Both the position numbers and the translations under genes were made by a program. DNA of 60,002 nt, counting the filler. It is 5 parts of 5 records of this genome, joined end to end, with 100 filler letters (N's around TTAATTAATTAA, not from the genome) between each part and the next. Parts side by side here need not be neighbours in the genome. Positions count along the whole stretch, not along the records: positions 1 to 7,330 come from DRR723986_7944; positions 7,431 to 14,953 come from DRR723986_7945; 3 more parts are not named here. One strand, written 5' to 3'. The notes below the pieces were generated by a model, which worked only from the letters and a program-made list of their open reading frames with translations, was not told where the DNA came from and searched no databases. Shown in pieces: positions 1 through 10,681 of this stretch. Each line of letters opens with the position of its first letter. Within the stretch, counting starts at the first letter, position 1.

Positions 1-127
1 CCCCAAGCCTTAGAGACTGGTCTCAAAGACCCCAAGCGTGGTTCAACGAGTAATCGATAATCGGACGCAAGTGCGTCGTTACGGTATGCGCTGCAATTGT
101 CGGCTACTGAATTTTACGTGTTACCCA

Positions 128-1027
128 CTAACCGCCGATGCGCTGGCGTCTGCTTAGATAATGCACCATGGCTTTGTCAAAATCATCGGCCGTATTGAGC
201 AGCATGTAGTCGATGCTGCGGCGGCGGCATTCGCGTTTGAGCTCTTCGGTAAACGCGCTCATAGTTTCGATGTATGCCTGCTGAATCTGGAATGGCTGCG
301 TCGTCATCTCTTCGGCAGTTTCCAGATCTTTGAAAATGGCGTCACTGCCAAAGTTGAAGTCCAGCTCACGTGGATCCAGAATCTGAAAGGCAATCACTTC
401 GTGTTTTTTGTGCCGGAAGTGTTTGAGTGCTCCCAGAATCGATGAGATATCATCAAAAAAGTCGCTGATAATAATAATCAGTCCGCGGCGTGAAATGCGT
501 TCGGCCAGGCGGTCCAGTGCTGCAGCGGTACCGGTCTCGTTGGACGGTGTTGTGTTATCGAGCGTCCGCAGGATTTCCTGAATAAAGGAGCCGCGCGAGC
601 GCGGCGGCATATAGTTACGCACTTCTGAGTCGTAGGTGGCCAGGCCCACGGCGTCCTGCTGTTTGGTCATCAGGTAGGCCAGCGCTCCGGCCAGATATGA
701 AGCATATTCAAACTTGGAGATGTGGCCTTTGGAGGCATAACGCATCGAGGCGCTCGAATCGACGATCAGGGTACACTTGAGGTTCGTTTCCTCTTCGTAC
801 TGTTTGACGTAGTGCCGGTTCGTGCGGCCGTAGATTTTCCAGTCGATGTGTTTAAGGTCATCACCCGGCATATACTGGCGGTGTTCAGCAAACTCGACGC
901 TAAAGCCGTGATAGGGCGACTTGTGCAGGCCGGTTATAAATCCTTCGACTACGAGGCGTGCTTTGAGATTGAAGGTCTGGAGGCGCGAGATAACCTCGGG
1001 CTTCAAATATTTACGATGATCTTCCAT
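128..1027 (-). CDS. DUF58 domain protein (vWA-like, MoxR-associated family)
   Basis: Typical DUF58 motifs: GLHKSPYHGFSVEFAEHRQYMPGDDLKHIDWK, VKQYEEETN, the MIDAS-like DSSASM and IISDF. Start placed at the MEDHRK ATG (1027) rather than the ORF-track start at 1162. Confidence 0.9.
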   Translation of the reverse strand: MEDHRKYLKPEVISRLQTFNLKARLVVEGFITGLHKSPYHGFSVEFAEHRQYMPGDDLKHIDWKIYGRTNRHYVKQYEEETNLKCTLIVDSSASMRYASKGHISKFEYASYLAGALAYLMTKQQDAVGLATYDSEVRNYMPPRSRGSFIQEILRTLDNTTPSNETGTAAALDRLAERISRRGLIIIISDFFDDISSILGALKHFRHKKHEVIAFQILDPRELDFNFGSDAIFKDLETAEEMTTQPFQIQQAYIETMSAFTEELKRECRRRSIDYMLLNTADDFDKAMVHYLSRRQRIGG

Positions 1028-1361
1028 ATATGCTGTCCGGATCCGAATGCCTGAATTCAAAGTGCCTGTAGCACAGCGCTGAGCGTTGCAATGCACTACG
1101 TGCGTAGTACGCATATGTGTCATGCAAAATTGCATCAGGAAAAGCGCCCGGCATTGTAACACCTGGGCGGATGTTTCGTCCTAAGTTCAATGTATAAAAG
1201 CGTTGTGCGCATTTACCTGCAGCATCACCGACCGCGCTTAAAGTGTTACTTTAAGTGATTGCCGGAAATGCTATACGCCACATGTTGTATTTTTTACTAA
1301 TTTACACCATGCGGCCCGTATGGGAAGGAACGGCGCATCTTTAGAACGACTGTGGAAGAGA

Positions 1362-4300
1362 ATGAAAACTCTGGTGGCATTGCTACTGGGCTGTGTTCTT
1401 TGTGTATTGCAGCATACACAAAATCTGCACGGACAAAATGCGGTATTACCGCAGGCCCAATCCGCCTCTGAGCGGCTCCAGTCCGCCCTTGTATTTGACG
1501 AAGTGGGTTTAAGGCAGGAAGCCGCACGTACGATGCGTCAACTGCTGGCCACTGCGCCGAATGCACCGGTGCGTGACGAAGTTCTGTATAACCTGGCGAT
1601 GAATCACATCACGGCCGGGGAATTCCGCGAGGCGCACGAGCGCTTTGACGAACTCCTGGCTACGCGCCTGAATTCGCCGCTGCGCGCCATGGCTCTCAGT
1701 GCCAAGGCGCTTATCACCTTTGAATCCGGCGACTATCCTACGTCGGCCGTCCTGTTCCAGTCTGCCGCCGACCAGGCCGAACTGGATGCGTCCCAGCGTC
1801 GGGATACCTCATACACACCCTATGCTTCTGCCGGACTGTTTTGGAGTGGTATTTCCTATGCCCTGGCCGGCGATGACCGCATGGCCGAAGCTCCACTGGC
1901 CCGCTGTGCCGACTCCTACCCTTCATACGAATACGCTGACGATGCTCTCTACTTCCTGGCGCAGTTTGCTGAACGCACACGCCGTCTGCAAGAGGCATTA
2001 ACACTATATGACCGCATAACAAGTGATTATCCGCGCCGCAACACGCGCGTGGGCGCGCACATCCATGCGGCGCAGAACTACATCTCTCTGCGTCAGCCAA
2101 CGCTGGCTCTGGCAGAACTAGAAGGCGCCAGTACCGTGCTACGCACTCTGGCCGGCACAGGTGCCAGCCCGGCCACCAGTTATGAGCCGCAGAGTTATGT
2201 GCCCGACGCCGAGTCCCAAATGTTGTACCTGCGCGGTGAGGCGCACAACCTGGCCGGCCGATCAGAACAAGCGCTCGCAGCTTTTGAGGCGGCGCTGCAG
2301 GCTCAGCCCTCAGTAGAGTTGCGCACGCGCTCGCAGCTGGGCGCCGGATGGGCCCTGCTCAATATGGGTGAGTATGATCGCGCCCTGGAATATTATGACC
2401 TGCTCCTGAACAAGCCCGAAACCGAAACTGTAATCGAAGCTTCGGCGCGGCTGTACCGCGTTCTGGCCCTGAAAAGGCGTGGCGATCGCGAGCAGGCCGT
2501 CAAAGAATTGAGTGCGCTGGCTGCCACCAGTGACTACAACTACCTGGGCCTGGCGCTTTTGGAGCTGGGCCAGATGTATTATGAAGATGGCCTGATGGAC
2601 CAGGCGCGCCGCACGCTCACGCGCGCAGTTACTGAGTCCGCCGACGCGGTGACGCGGGCGCGGGCTTACCTGCTTTTGGGCGCTGCCGCACTGGACGCCG
2701 GTTACTACAGTACGGCCGCCAAAGCATACTCAGATGCAATTGAGATAGCTGAGCGCAGCAATGACCGTGTGATGCCTGACCGCAAACTCTACCTGGCGGA
2801 TGCGCGCTTTAAGCGCGGTATCGCCCTGGTGGGCGCCAGCAATGGCACCGGCGACGACCTGAGCCGCGATGCAACAACGCAGCTTCAGGAATTTATAGCG
2901 GAACACACCGGCGACGAACGTATCCCCGAGGCGCGCTTCTGGCTGGCCGAAGGTTTTTACAAATCGACCTTAATGAGTGAGGCTGAGAAGGCCTACAACT
3001 TCATCGTGCGCAACCTGCCAAACAGCGACCGCCGTGAAGAAGCGCTCTACGGCCTGGGCTGGACACAATTCCGGACGCGCCAGTTTTCCAGCTCCTCCAA
3101 AACTTTTGCACGCCTGCTGCGCGAATTTCCGGACACGCGTTTTGCCGTGGACGTCCTGGTACGCGAAGGTGATGCGCACTTCCTCAATCGCAAATACGCT
3201 GCCGCTGCCGAATCCTATCGCCAGGTTGTGCGGCGTGACAAAGAATCGACACTGGGTGAATACGCGCAGTATCAACTGGGCCAGGCGCTCTACCGTTTGC
3301 GCCGCTTTGATCCGGCAATCAGTGAGTTACGCACCTTCCTGAAGCGCTTCCCGCGCTCCAGCCTGGCCGACGAAGCGCTGTATTCGGTTGGCTGGATGCT
3401 GTTTGAGAACGACCGTTTTGATGAGTCAATTAAAGAAATGCGTCGCCTGATGCAGACCTACAGCGATTCGCCAAAATTCCAACGCGCGCACCATGCGGTG
3501 GCCGACGCGTATTACAACCTGGGGCAGTACGAACTGGCTTTGGGTGTGTACAGTGAAATCGTGGATGCGTATCCCGGCAGTTCATTTATTGGCTCCGCGC
3601 TTAACAGCATGGAATACTGCCTGCAGATTTTGGGGCGTGAAGAAGAAGCCACGAAAGTGCGCGCACAATTCTTTGAAATGAATCCAGAGTCGCCATTGGT
3701 GGAAGAGGAGCTCTTTAGCCCCGACCGTGGATTCTGGCAGCGCAGCGAGTCCAATCCAGTCGAAAGTTATCGCAAGTACATCGAAGATAATCCCGATGGC
3801 GCGCGCGTGCCCGAAGCCCTCTATTATATGGGTAAAAGTTACGTGAGCCTTGGTGAGACTGAGGAAGATTTTGAGCAATTCCGTTTTGCTCTCGATGCCT
3901 TCCGGCGTGTCGTCAATGGTTATCCCGAGTCTGAAATTGCACCGCAAGCCTCGCTGGACCTGGCTATGACAACGATGCGCCTGAACGATGCCGATGCTGC
4001 CGATTCGCTGCTGGGCCGGACGCGTGTGCAGTTTCCGCAGAGTGATGCTGCCGTGGAGGCCGGTTTTGAGCAGGCCATGCTGCGGCTCTCACGCGCCGAC
4101 ACCGCGCAGGCATTGGCCGCCTTCCAGGAAGTAGCCGAGACTTACCGCGGCAGTTTCTATGGCGACCGCAGCCGCTTCCGGATTGGCGTGTACCATATGC
4201 GCCGCAAAGAGTACGATTCGGCGCGCATTCACTTTTCAATGGTCGCCGAGCAGCGCGACGATGAACTTGGCGCTGAGGCGCAGCACCGCGTGGCACAGTC

Positions 4301-4553
4301 CTTTTACTGGCAAGAAATGTATCCCGAAGCGCTGGCTGCTGCAACAGTTGTACGTGAGCGTTTCCCAGAATTTGAGCCATTCCGCTCACAGTCACTGCTG
4401 ATTTTGGGCTGGAGCCAGGAAAAGCTGGAAGATATTCCCGGTGCAATAGAAACCTTCCGATTGGTGGAGGCGCTTGGTGCAGACAACGAGTACGCGCAAA
4501 CCGCCAAGGCCAGCATTGAACGGCTGCAAAGACAAGTGGAGCGCAACCGATGA
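1362..4553 (+). CDS. Large secreted tetratricopeptide-repeat protein (CpoB/BamD-like TPR repeats)
   Basis: Signal peptide MKTLVALLLGCVLCVL, then many TPR units of the form 'DEALY.LG..Y...A...F..L...YP.S'. Alternative start at 1320. Confidence 0.85.
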   Translation: MKTLVALLLGCVLCVLQHTQNLHGQNAVLPQAQSASERLQSALVFDEVGLRQEAARTMRQLLATAPNAPVRDEVLYNLAMNHITAGEFREAHERFDELLATRLNSPLRAMALSAKALITFESGDYPTSAVLFQSAADQAELDASQRRDTSYTPYASAGLFWSGISYALAGDDRMAEAPLARCADSYPSYEYADDALYFLAQFAERTRRLQEALTLYDRITSDYPRRNTRVGAHIHAAQNYISLRQPTLALAELEGASTVLRTLAGTGASPATSYEPQSYVPDAESQMLYLRGEAHNLAGRSEQALAAFEAALQAQPSVELRTRSQLGAGWALLNMGEYDRALEYYDLLLNKPETETVIEASARLYRVLALKRRGDREQAVKELSALAATSDYNYLGLALLELGQMYYEDGLMDQARRTLTRAVTESADAVTRARAYLLLGAAALDAGYYSTAAKAYSDAIEIAERSNDRVMPDRKLYLADARFKRGIALVGASNGTGDDLSRDATTQLQEFIAEHTGDERIPEARFWLAEGFYKSTLMSEAEKAYNFIVRNLPNSDRREEALYGLGWTQFRTRQFSSSSKTFARLLREFPDTRFAVDVLVREGDAHFLNRKYAAAAESYRQVVRRDKESTLGEYAQYQLGQALYRLRRFDPAISELRTFLKRFPRSSLADEALYSVGWMLFENDRFDESIKEMRRLMQTYSDSPKFQRAHHAVADAYYNLGQYELALGVYSEIVDAYPGSSFIGSALNSMEYCLQILGREEEATKVRAQFFEMNPESPLVEEELFSPDRGFWQRSESNPVESYRKYIEDNPDGARVPEALYYMGKSYVSLGETEEDFEQFRFALDAFRRVVNGYPESEIAPQASLDLAMTTMRLNDADAADSLLGRTRVQFPQSDAAVEAGFEQAMLRLSRADTAQALAAFQEVAETYRGSFYGDRSRFRIGVYHMRRKEYDSARIHFSMVAEQRDDELGAEAQHRVAQSFYWQEMYPEALAAATVVRERFPEFEPFRSQSLLILGWSQEKLEDIPGAIETFRLVEALGADNEYAQTAKASIERLQRQVERNR

Positions 4554-6223
4554 ACACTACCCCAAACTCACGAAGTCTTTCAGGCACTTCCCTGCATTGT
4601 AAGCCGGCCTTGATGCTCTTGCTGATATTCTTGCCGGCATTCCTGCTGGTGACTGACGCTCCTGCCGTATTTGCGCAGGGCGCCGGCGAAGATCCGCCCA
4701 AAAACAAAGTGGAAGAAAAACCGCTGCAGCTGCCTGAGATCATCATCCGTGGCAAAGAGTCGCTCTCAATTCGCGGGGGCCGCAAAGGCGCGCCGCGCTC
4801 GATTCCACGCCTGCAGCAGCGCGAGCTGGACCAACTAAATTCATTGGAAAAACTGGCGCCGCCGCTGATGCCTTCAGCTGCGCTGCCGACGCTTAGCACG
4901 GAGCAGTCACCCTACCGCGGATTCGTGGATGGTTCGCTGGGCATGTACCTGACGGCCGATATTTTGGCGGGGCTAAGTGCGCAGCTGGATGGATATTCGC
5001 TGTATGCGCGCGGCGGGATGCAGCTCTCGGGCGGACATGAAGATGACGCGGGCTACAGCCGCTTACATGCCGGCGTGCGCTCAGAATATCTGGCTCCCGA
5101 AAAATTTTGGATCTTTGGCGGAAGCCGCACCGTGGCTGAACTGCTGCTGGAGCGTCAGGACTATAAGCTGTACGCGCTGGAGAACCCCGAGGAACGCGGT
5201 GCAACGGTTCTGGACTTTAACGTGGACACACGCGGTTCGGCCGGAAACCTGGACTTTAACCTGGGCCTGGGCGTGGACATGTTGGCTATGGGTGGCCAAC
5301 GTGATGCAGATCACCTGGGATTGCTGGGATATCTGCGTTTGCGCGAAAGCGGTACAGGATTTAAGCTGGGTGGCCTGGCTTCGATCAATATTCAGAGTCT
5401 GAATGCGAATAGTTTGAGTCTGCTGCGCCTGGCGCTGAGTGGTGACCTGACGGATTCGACGTTGACGCTGCGCTCCGAACTGGGGTTTGACGTGGGCGGT
5501 GATACGCGCGGCGTCTCGACATTTGCGCCGCGCCTGCGCGTAGATGGAGAGCTGGAACTGAATGAGTCTTTCAGCCTGCGCGGCGCGCTTCTCAGCGGCC
5601 TGCGCGAATCAGACTTTTATGGTCTTTGGCGTGAAAACCCCTATGTTGATGCTGACGCCAACGTAGCTTTTGAACACGTGCTCTTTGGACTTGACGCCAA
5701 CCTGGTGTATCATCCGCATCCCCGCCTGGCACTCTCAGTTGGCACGGAGTTTGCTTTGATAAACGACGTGACGGTGTTTGAACCGACGTCAACGGCGAGC
5801 TTTACGACGCTGTTCCGCGACGGTTCGCGTTTGGGTGCCAACGTAGAAATGCTCTGGCATGTGGATGCGCGCACAACATTAAGCAGCCGCCTGGCATTTG
5901 TAGCGGCATCGCTGAATGATGAGGACGGCAGCACACCGTATGTAACACCGGTTCAGTTGCAGGCCGAGCTTTCGCGACTGTTTGGCGAAAGTGTACGCGG
6001 TGGAGTGCGCATGTTATACGTGGCTGAGCGTCAGGCTGATTTGGCTAATACCAGCACTGTGGATGGTTTTCTGGATCTGGCGCTGTTTGCACGGATCATT
6101 TTGCAGCCGAATTTTGCGATTGAAGTTTCCTGCAGCAATCTGCTGGGACAGAACATTTACATTTGGCGCGACTACAAGGAACGCGAAATTTTTGCACGGG
6201 CGGGCGTAAGCTGGCTCTGGTAA
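4550..6223 (+). CDS. Outer-membrane beta-barrel protein (TonB-dependent-receptor-like barrel, no obvious plug domain)
   Basis: Signal peptide, TonB-box-like LPEIIIRG, alternating amphipathic beta-strands, a TBDR-like NLL motif near the C-terminus and an aromatic C-terminal beta-signal (AGVSWLW). ATGA overlap with the TPR gene. Confidence 0.7.
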   Translation: MNTTPNSRSLSGTSLHCKPALMLLLIFLPAFLLVTDAPAVFAQGAGEDPPKNKVEEKPLQLPEIIIRGKESLSIRGGRKGAPRSIPRLQQRELDQLNSLEKLAPPLMPSAALPTLSTEQSPYRGFVDGSLGMYLTADILAGLSAQLDGYSLYARGGMQLSGGHEDDAGYSRLHAGVRSEYLAPEKFWIFGGSRTVAELLLERQDYKLYALENPEERGATVLDFNVDTRGSAGNLDFNLGLGVDMLAMGGQRDADHLGLLGYLRLRESGTGFKLGGLASINIQSLNANSLSLLRLALSGDLTDSTLTLRSELGFDVGGDTRGVSTFAPRLRVDGELELNESFSLRGALLSGLRESDFYGLWRENPYVDADANVAFEHVLFGLDANLVYHPHPRLALSVGTEFALINDVTVFEPTSTASFTTLFRDGSRLGANVEMLWHVDARTTLSSRLAFVAASLNDEDGSTPYVTPVQLQAELSRLFGESVRGGVRMLYVAERQADLANTSTVDGFLDLALFARIILQPNFAIEVSCSNLLGQNIYIWRDYKEREIFARAGVSWLW

Positions 6224-6247
6224 ACCGCGATAAGCCGGGTAAAAAGT

Positions 6248-7330
6248 ATGGCTGAAAACGACACATCCAATATGCGCGAGGAAGAACGCCGCGGTGGTTT
6301 TGCCCCCGATGCCGAAACCTTCCACCTTGAATCGCTGGATCACCATCCGGCGCGCGAGCCGCTACCTCCACCAGGCGATGAGGGCGGTGAACAGGATGAC
6401 GAATTTGATAGTGATGTAGATTTTGAAGCGCCCATGAGCATGGAAGAAGCGCTACGCCTGGCAGAGGAAGAAGATGATGAGACCGGTGGCGCTGCGCCAC
6501 CGGTAGGCATTGCCGATGCACCGCTGAGCAACGCAGATGAAATCGCCGCTGCCGACGAAACCCTGGCTGAGGCAGAAGACCATCGGCCCGCGCCAGTTGC
6601 CGAGCCGGAGCCGGAACCAACACCTGCGCCCATGCCGGAAGAAATTGAGCCGCCAGTGGTTGATCCACCGGCCGAGACTTCAGACCCGGCTGCCGTGGAA
6701 AGTGAAGTCGCACAGGCTGAGTCAGTTTCCCTGGGTGAAGAACTCAAAGCGATTATCCGCGAAGACCTCAACAAATCCAAAGAGCGCGAAACTGTTGAAG
6801 CACCTGAGAGTGCGATTGTAGACGCAACTGAGATTGATGAAGAAGTTGGAGCCGACCACGATGATGCTCCTGAAATTGACCTGAGTGACGTTGAAACACG
6901 CAATCATCCCTCAGAATCTGAAGCCGAAGAAACGGAGGCGCCCGCCGCTACTACAGGCGCTCAAGCAGCACCCGCGGATGCCACGAAGTCCAAAAAACGG
7001 CGCATGCTGCTGCCCTTGGCTGCCATTTTTGCACTTCTGGTGCTTGCCGCTGCTGCGTGGTTCTGGTTGGATCCGCTTGGCGATAAGCTTGCCGATGGCA
7101 ACGAACCGGCCGACAGCCTGAGCATTGACGGCAACCAGCCGGCAGAACTGGCCGACGCTGCAGGTGACGAGCATGCCGACGACGCGTCAAGTCACGACGA
7201 GACACATTCCATGAGTGAGAGCGACCATTCCAGTTCAAGTCAACTGGATGACGCGCAGAATGCCGCTGGACATTCCGGTGATCACTCTGATGATCACTCT
7301 GATGATCACTCCGATGATCACTCCGATGAT
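6248..7330 (+). CDS. Acidic, low-complexity single-pass membrane protein, 3' truncated by contig end (possibly SPOR/FtsN/DamX-like)
   Basis: About 250-aa D/E/P-rich N-terminus, KSKKRR followed by a hydrophobic TM segment (MLLPLAAIFALLVLAAAAWFWL), then a His/Asp-rich tract that runs into the linker. A SPOR domain is inferred from architecture only and is not visible. Confidence 0.6.
7277..7330 (+). repeat. 12-bp coding tandem repeat (GATGATCACTCY, about 4.5 copies; encodes SDDH)
   Basis: ggtgatcactct gatgatcactct gatgatcactcc gatgatcactcc gatgat. The contig ends inside the array. Confidence 0.95.
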
Positions 7331-7430
7331 NNNNNNNNNNNNNNNNNNNNNNNNNNNNNNNNNNNNNNNNNNNNTTAATTAATTAANNNNNNNNNNNNNN
7401 NNNNNNNNNNNNNNNNNNNNNNNNNNNNNN
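7331..7430. other. Artificial contig linker (44N-TTAATTAATTAA-44N)
   Basis: Six-frame stop spacer flanked by N runs, identical at four positions. Confidence 0.99.
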
Positions 7431-7615
7431 TCTGACTCCGGGCGCAGGCGATTGAAATGGGAATCTGGCTGAGAGAATCTCCGTCCGCAATTGTGCGGAA
7501 TCCTCCTGGGCTCACAATCAAGGGATTTCGAGTAGGTGCATTCAGATTAGCAGGCAGCGGGAGGGATTTGTCGTTGAGCGGGCAGTTTTCTCAGCAAATG
7601 AAATTCTCAGACTAC

Positions 7616-7636
7616 CTGTTAGCCACAGGCTAACAG
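7616..7636. repeat. Palindrome CTGTTAGCC-aca-GGCTAACAG (REP-like), copy 1
   Basis: Perfect 9-bp inverted repeat. The same core recurs at 14935-14953. Confidence 0.55.
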
Positions 7637-7662
7637 CTGTGTGGAAAACTCACTCATCGAAC

Positions 7663-7700
7663 AAAAAAAACGGCTGCAAAACTCTTGGTCTTGCAGCCGC
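7663..7700 (-). terminator. Rho-independent terminator of gcvP
   Basis: The minus strand reads gcggctgcaa-loop-ttgcagccg followed by a T8 tract, about 50 nt after the gcvP stop. Confidence 0.8.
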
Positions 7701-7747
7701 TTTAATCTAAAATCTACTCGGCTATTTTCGGTCCGGCAACGTGCGCC

Positions 7748-10681
7748 TTACACGGCTTCAACAGCCTGGACCTGATCCTGATTTTCATACTCGTCCATTG
7801 GCGGGCATGAACAAATCAGATTGCGGTCGCCATGTGTATTGTTGACGCGCGCAACGGCAGCCCAGAACTTGCGCTCATGCAGCCAGTTGATTGGCCAGGC
7901 CGCAGCGGCACGCGAATACGGGCGGTCCCAGTCATTCGCCGTAATCAGCGCCAGTGTGTGCGGCGCGTGTTTGAGTACATTTTCTTTCGGATCGGCGTCA
8001 CCACTTTCAACAGCGCGGATTTCTTCGCGGATTGAGAGCAGAACATCACAGAAACGATCGATTTCGGCGAGCGACTCACTCTCGGTCGGCTCAATCATCA
8101 TCGTGCCGGGAACCGGGAAGGAAACCGTCGGCGCGTGATATCCATAGTCAATCAGTCGTTTGGCGATGTCTTCAACTTCGATACCTGCGCTCTTTTTGAA
8201 CTCGCGCGTATCCAGAATCATCTCGTGCGCCACGGTACCATTCGATCCGGTAAAGAGCGGTTTGTACGCTCCCTCAGCGGCGAGGCGTTTGAGGATGTAG
8301 TTCGCGCTCAGAATCGAGATAGCCGTTGCATCGGTCAATCCTTTGCCGCCCATCATTTTGATATAGGCCCAGGAAATCAGCAGAATGCTGGAGCTGCCCC
8401 AGGGAGCGGCCGAGATCGCACTGATCGATTTTTCACCACCGGTTGGAATCAGCGGGTGCCCCGGCAGGTACGGCGCCAGTTTTTCGTTAACACAGATCGG
8501 GCCCATACCAGGACCGCCACCGCCATGCGGAATGCAGAAGGTTTTGTGCAGGTTCAGGTGGCAGACGTCGGCACCGATGCGCGCCGGACTTGTCAGGCCA
8601 ACCTGTGCATTCATGTTGGCACCGTCCATGTAGACAAGGCCGCCATGCTCGTGCACAATCTCACAGATTTCGCGGATGGCTTCTTCAAATACACCATGCG
8701 TTGATGGATAGGTGACCATCAAAGCCGCCAGATTATCAACGTGTTTTTCGGCTTTGGCACGCAGATCGGCCACGTCGATATTGCCCATGCCGTCGCATTT
8801 GACAACTACAACCTTCATGCCGGCCATGACGCCGCTGGCTGGGTTGGTTCCGTGCGCTGAATTTGGAATGAGCACAATGTTGCGATGTGCCTCGTCGCGA
8901 TCCTGATGATACGCGCGAATTGTCATCAGCCCGGCATATTCACCTTGTGCACCGGAATTCGGTTGCAGCGAAACGGCACTGAATTCAGTTATCGCGGCCA
9001 GATCGTGTTCCAGCTCACGGAAAATTTGCTGATATCCCTGGCTCTGCTCCAGCGGCGCAAAAGGATGCAGGCCACCAAACTCATGCCAGGTTACCGGCAT
9101 CATCTCAGCCGTTGCATTCAGCTTCATCGTACATGAGCCCAGCGCAATCATGCTGTGTGTCAGCGAGAGGTCTTTATTCTCAAGGCGTTTCAGGTAGCGC
9201 AGCATCTCAGTCTCTGAGTGATACGCGCTGAAAACCGGATGTGTCAGGTAGTCACTCGTGCGCTCCAGCGTGCCGCTGATGGGGCTTGTGGCGTTCTGCA
9301 GCAAGCCGGCAACACCAAAGTCAACGCCATTGCCGCCGCTGATCGCTTCGCGGAAAATAGCAAGGAGCCGCTCAACCGTGGAGGCAGTGCTCGTTTCGTC
9401 CAGAGAGATACCAATGCGTCCGTCACTGAAGTAGCGCAGGTTAACACGTGCGGCTTCCGCAGCGCGGCGCACAGCAGTCGCATCACTTCCGTCCGGCAGT
9501 GTCACAGCGATTGTATCGAAGTAGACCGCGGTTTCAATCGCACAGTTCTGCGCTCTGAGGCCGTCGGCCAGCGCCACAGTATGCTGATGAATGCGTTCGG
9601 CAATAGCGCGCAGGCCGCGTGGGCCGTGATAGACGGCGTACGCTCCGGCGATTATCGCCAGCAGCACCTGCGCCGTGCAGATATTACTCGTCGCTTTTTC
9701 GCGGCGGATATGCTGCTCACGGGTTTGCAGCGCCATTCTATAGGCCTGATTACCCTGGGCATCAACGGACACACCGATTATGCGGCCGGGGATCAATCGC
9801 TTGAAACTCTCGCGTGTAGCAAAAAATGCCGCGTGCGGCCCACCATATCCCATCGGCACGCCAAAGCGCTGTGTGGATCCAACCGCAATATCGGCGCCAA
9901 ATTCACCGGGAGGTGTCAGCAGCAGCAGGCTCATCAGGTCACAAGCCACAGTGACGAGCACTTCGTGTTCCTTGGCCGCGGCGCAGAACTCACGATAGTC
10001 ATGCACGCTGCCGTCTTCTGCCGGGTATTGCAGGATCGCTCCAAAGTAGGAGCCATCAAATTCCAACGTTTTGTAGTCGCCAAAGACCAACTCAATGTCG
10101 ATCGGCGCGCAGCGAGTTTCAAGCAGCGCGCGCGTCTGTGGGTAGATTTGATCCGATACAAACAGCTTGCGCGCTTTGGACTTGGCGCGGCTACGGCCGG
10201 CGAGCATCAGCGACATCGCTTCAGCTACGGCCGTGGCTTCGTCCAGCAGCGAAGCATTCGCAATTTCGAGGCCCGTCAGGTCAACAACCAAAGTCTGGAA
10301 GTTAATCAGTGCTTCCAGACGCCCTTGTGCAATCTCTGCCTGGTACGGTGTATACTGCGTGTACCAGCCTGGATTTTCAAGGATATTGCGCAAGATGACT
10401 GGAGGGGTGACGGTATCGTAGTAGCCCATCCCGATATGCGAAGTAAACACTTCGTTTTTGGCGGCCGCGCTACGCGCATAGGCCAGCAATTCACTCTCGC
10501 TCATTGCCGCGCCAACGTCAAGATCCTTGTCGCTGCGAATCGCCGCGGGGATAGTCTTGCCGATCAACTCGTCAAGCGATTCGATGCCAATGTGTTCAAG
10601 CATTGTCGCAACTTCTTTGCTGGATGGCCCAATATGGCGATCCACAAATCGGTCGCGCTGCGTAGCATGTTTGAATTCCAT
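7748..10681 (-). CDS. gcvP: Glycine dehydrogenase (decarboxylating), glycine cleavage P protein, single-chain
   Basis: Motifs [48 protein letters not shown] and the PLP-lysine motif [18 protein letters not shown]. Start placed at MEFKH. Confidence 0.98.
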   Translation of the reverse strand: MEFKHATQRDRFVDRHIGPSSKEVATMLEHIGIESLDELIGKTIPAAIRSDKDLDVGAAMSESELLAYARSAAAKNEVFTSHIGMGYYDTVTPPVILRNILENPGWYTQYTPYQAEIAQGRLEALINFQTLVVDLTGLEIANASLLDEATAVAEAMSLMLAGRSRAKSKARKLFVSDQIYPQTRALLETRCAPIDIELVFGDYKTLEFDGSYFGAILQYPAEDGSVHDYREFCAAAKEHEVLVTVACDLMSLLLLTPPGEFGADIAVGSTQRFGVPMGYGGPHAAFFATRESFKRLIPGRIIGVSVDAQGNQAYRMALQTREQHIRREKATSNICTAQVLLAIIAGAYAVYHGPRGLRAIAERIHQHTVALADGLRAQNCAIETAVYFDTIAVTLPDGSDATAVRRAAEAARVNLRYFSDGRIGISLDETSTASTVERLLAIFREAISGGNGVDFGVAGLLQNATSPISGTLERTSDYLTHPVFSAYHSETEMLRYLKRLENKDLSLTHSMIALGSCTMKLNATAEMMPVTWHEFGGLHPFAPLEQSQGYQQIFRELEHDLAAITEFSAVSLQPNSGAQGEYAGLMTIRAYHQDRDEAHRNIVLIPNSAHGTNPASGVMAGMKVVVVKCDGMGNIDVADLRAKAEKHVDNLAALMVTYPSTHGVFEEAIREICEIVHEHGGLVYMDGANMNAQVGLTSPARIGADVCHLNLHKTFCIPHGGGGPGMGPICVNEKLAPYLPGHPLIPTGGEKSISAISAAPWGSSSILLISWAYIKMMGGKGLTDATAISILSANYILKRLAAEGAYKPLFTGSNGTVAHEMILDTREFKKSAGIEVEDIAKRLIDYGYHAPTVSFPVPGTMMIEPTESESLAEIDRFCDVLLSIREEIRAVESGDADPKENVLKHAPHTLALITANDWDRPYSRAAAAWPINWLHERKFWAAVARVNNTHGDRNLICSCPPMDEYENQDQVQAVEAV

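Noticed and set aside
7277-7330. Short direct-repeat array as a possible CRISPR
   Set aside because: 12-bp head-to-tail coding repeat with no spacers and no cas genes.
7375-7386. TTAATTAATTAA palindrome recurring four times
   Set aside because: Artificial six-frame stop linker inside N runs, not biological. ORF-track entries containing X are artefacts or truncated genes.
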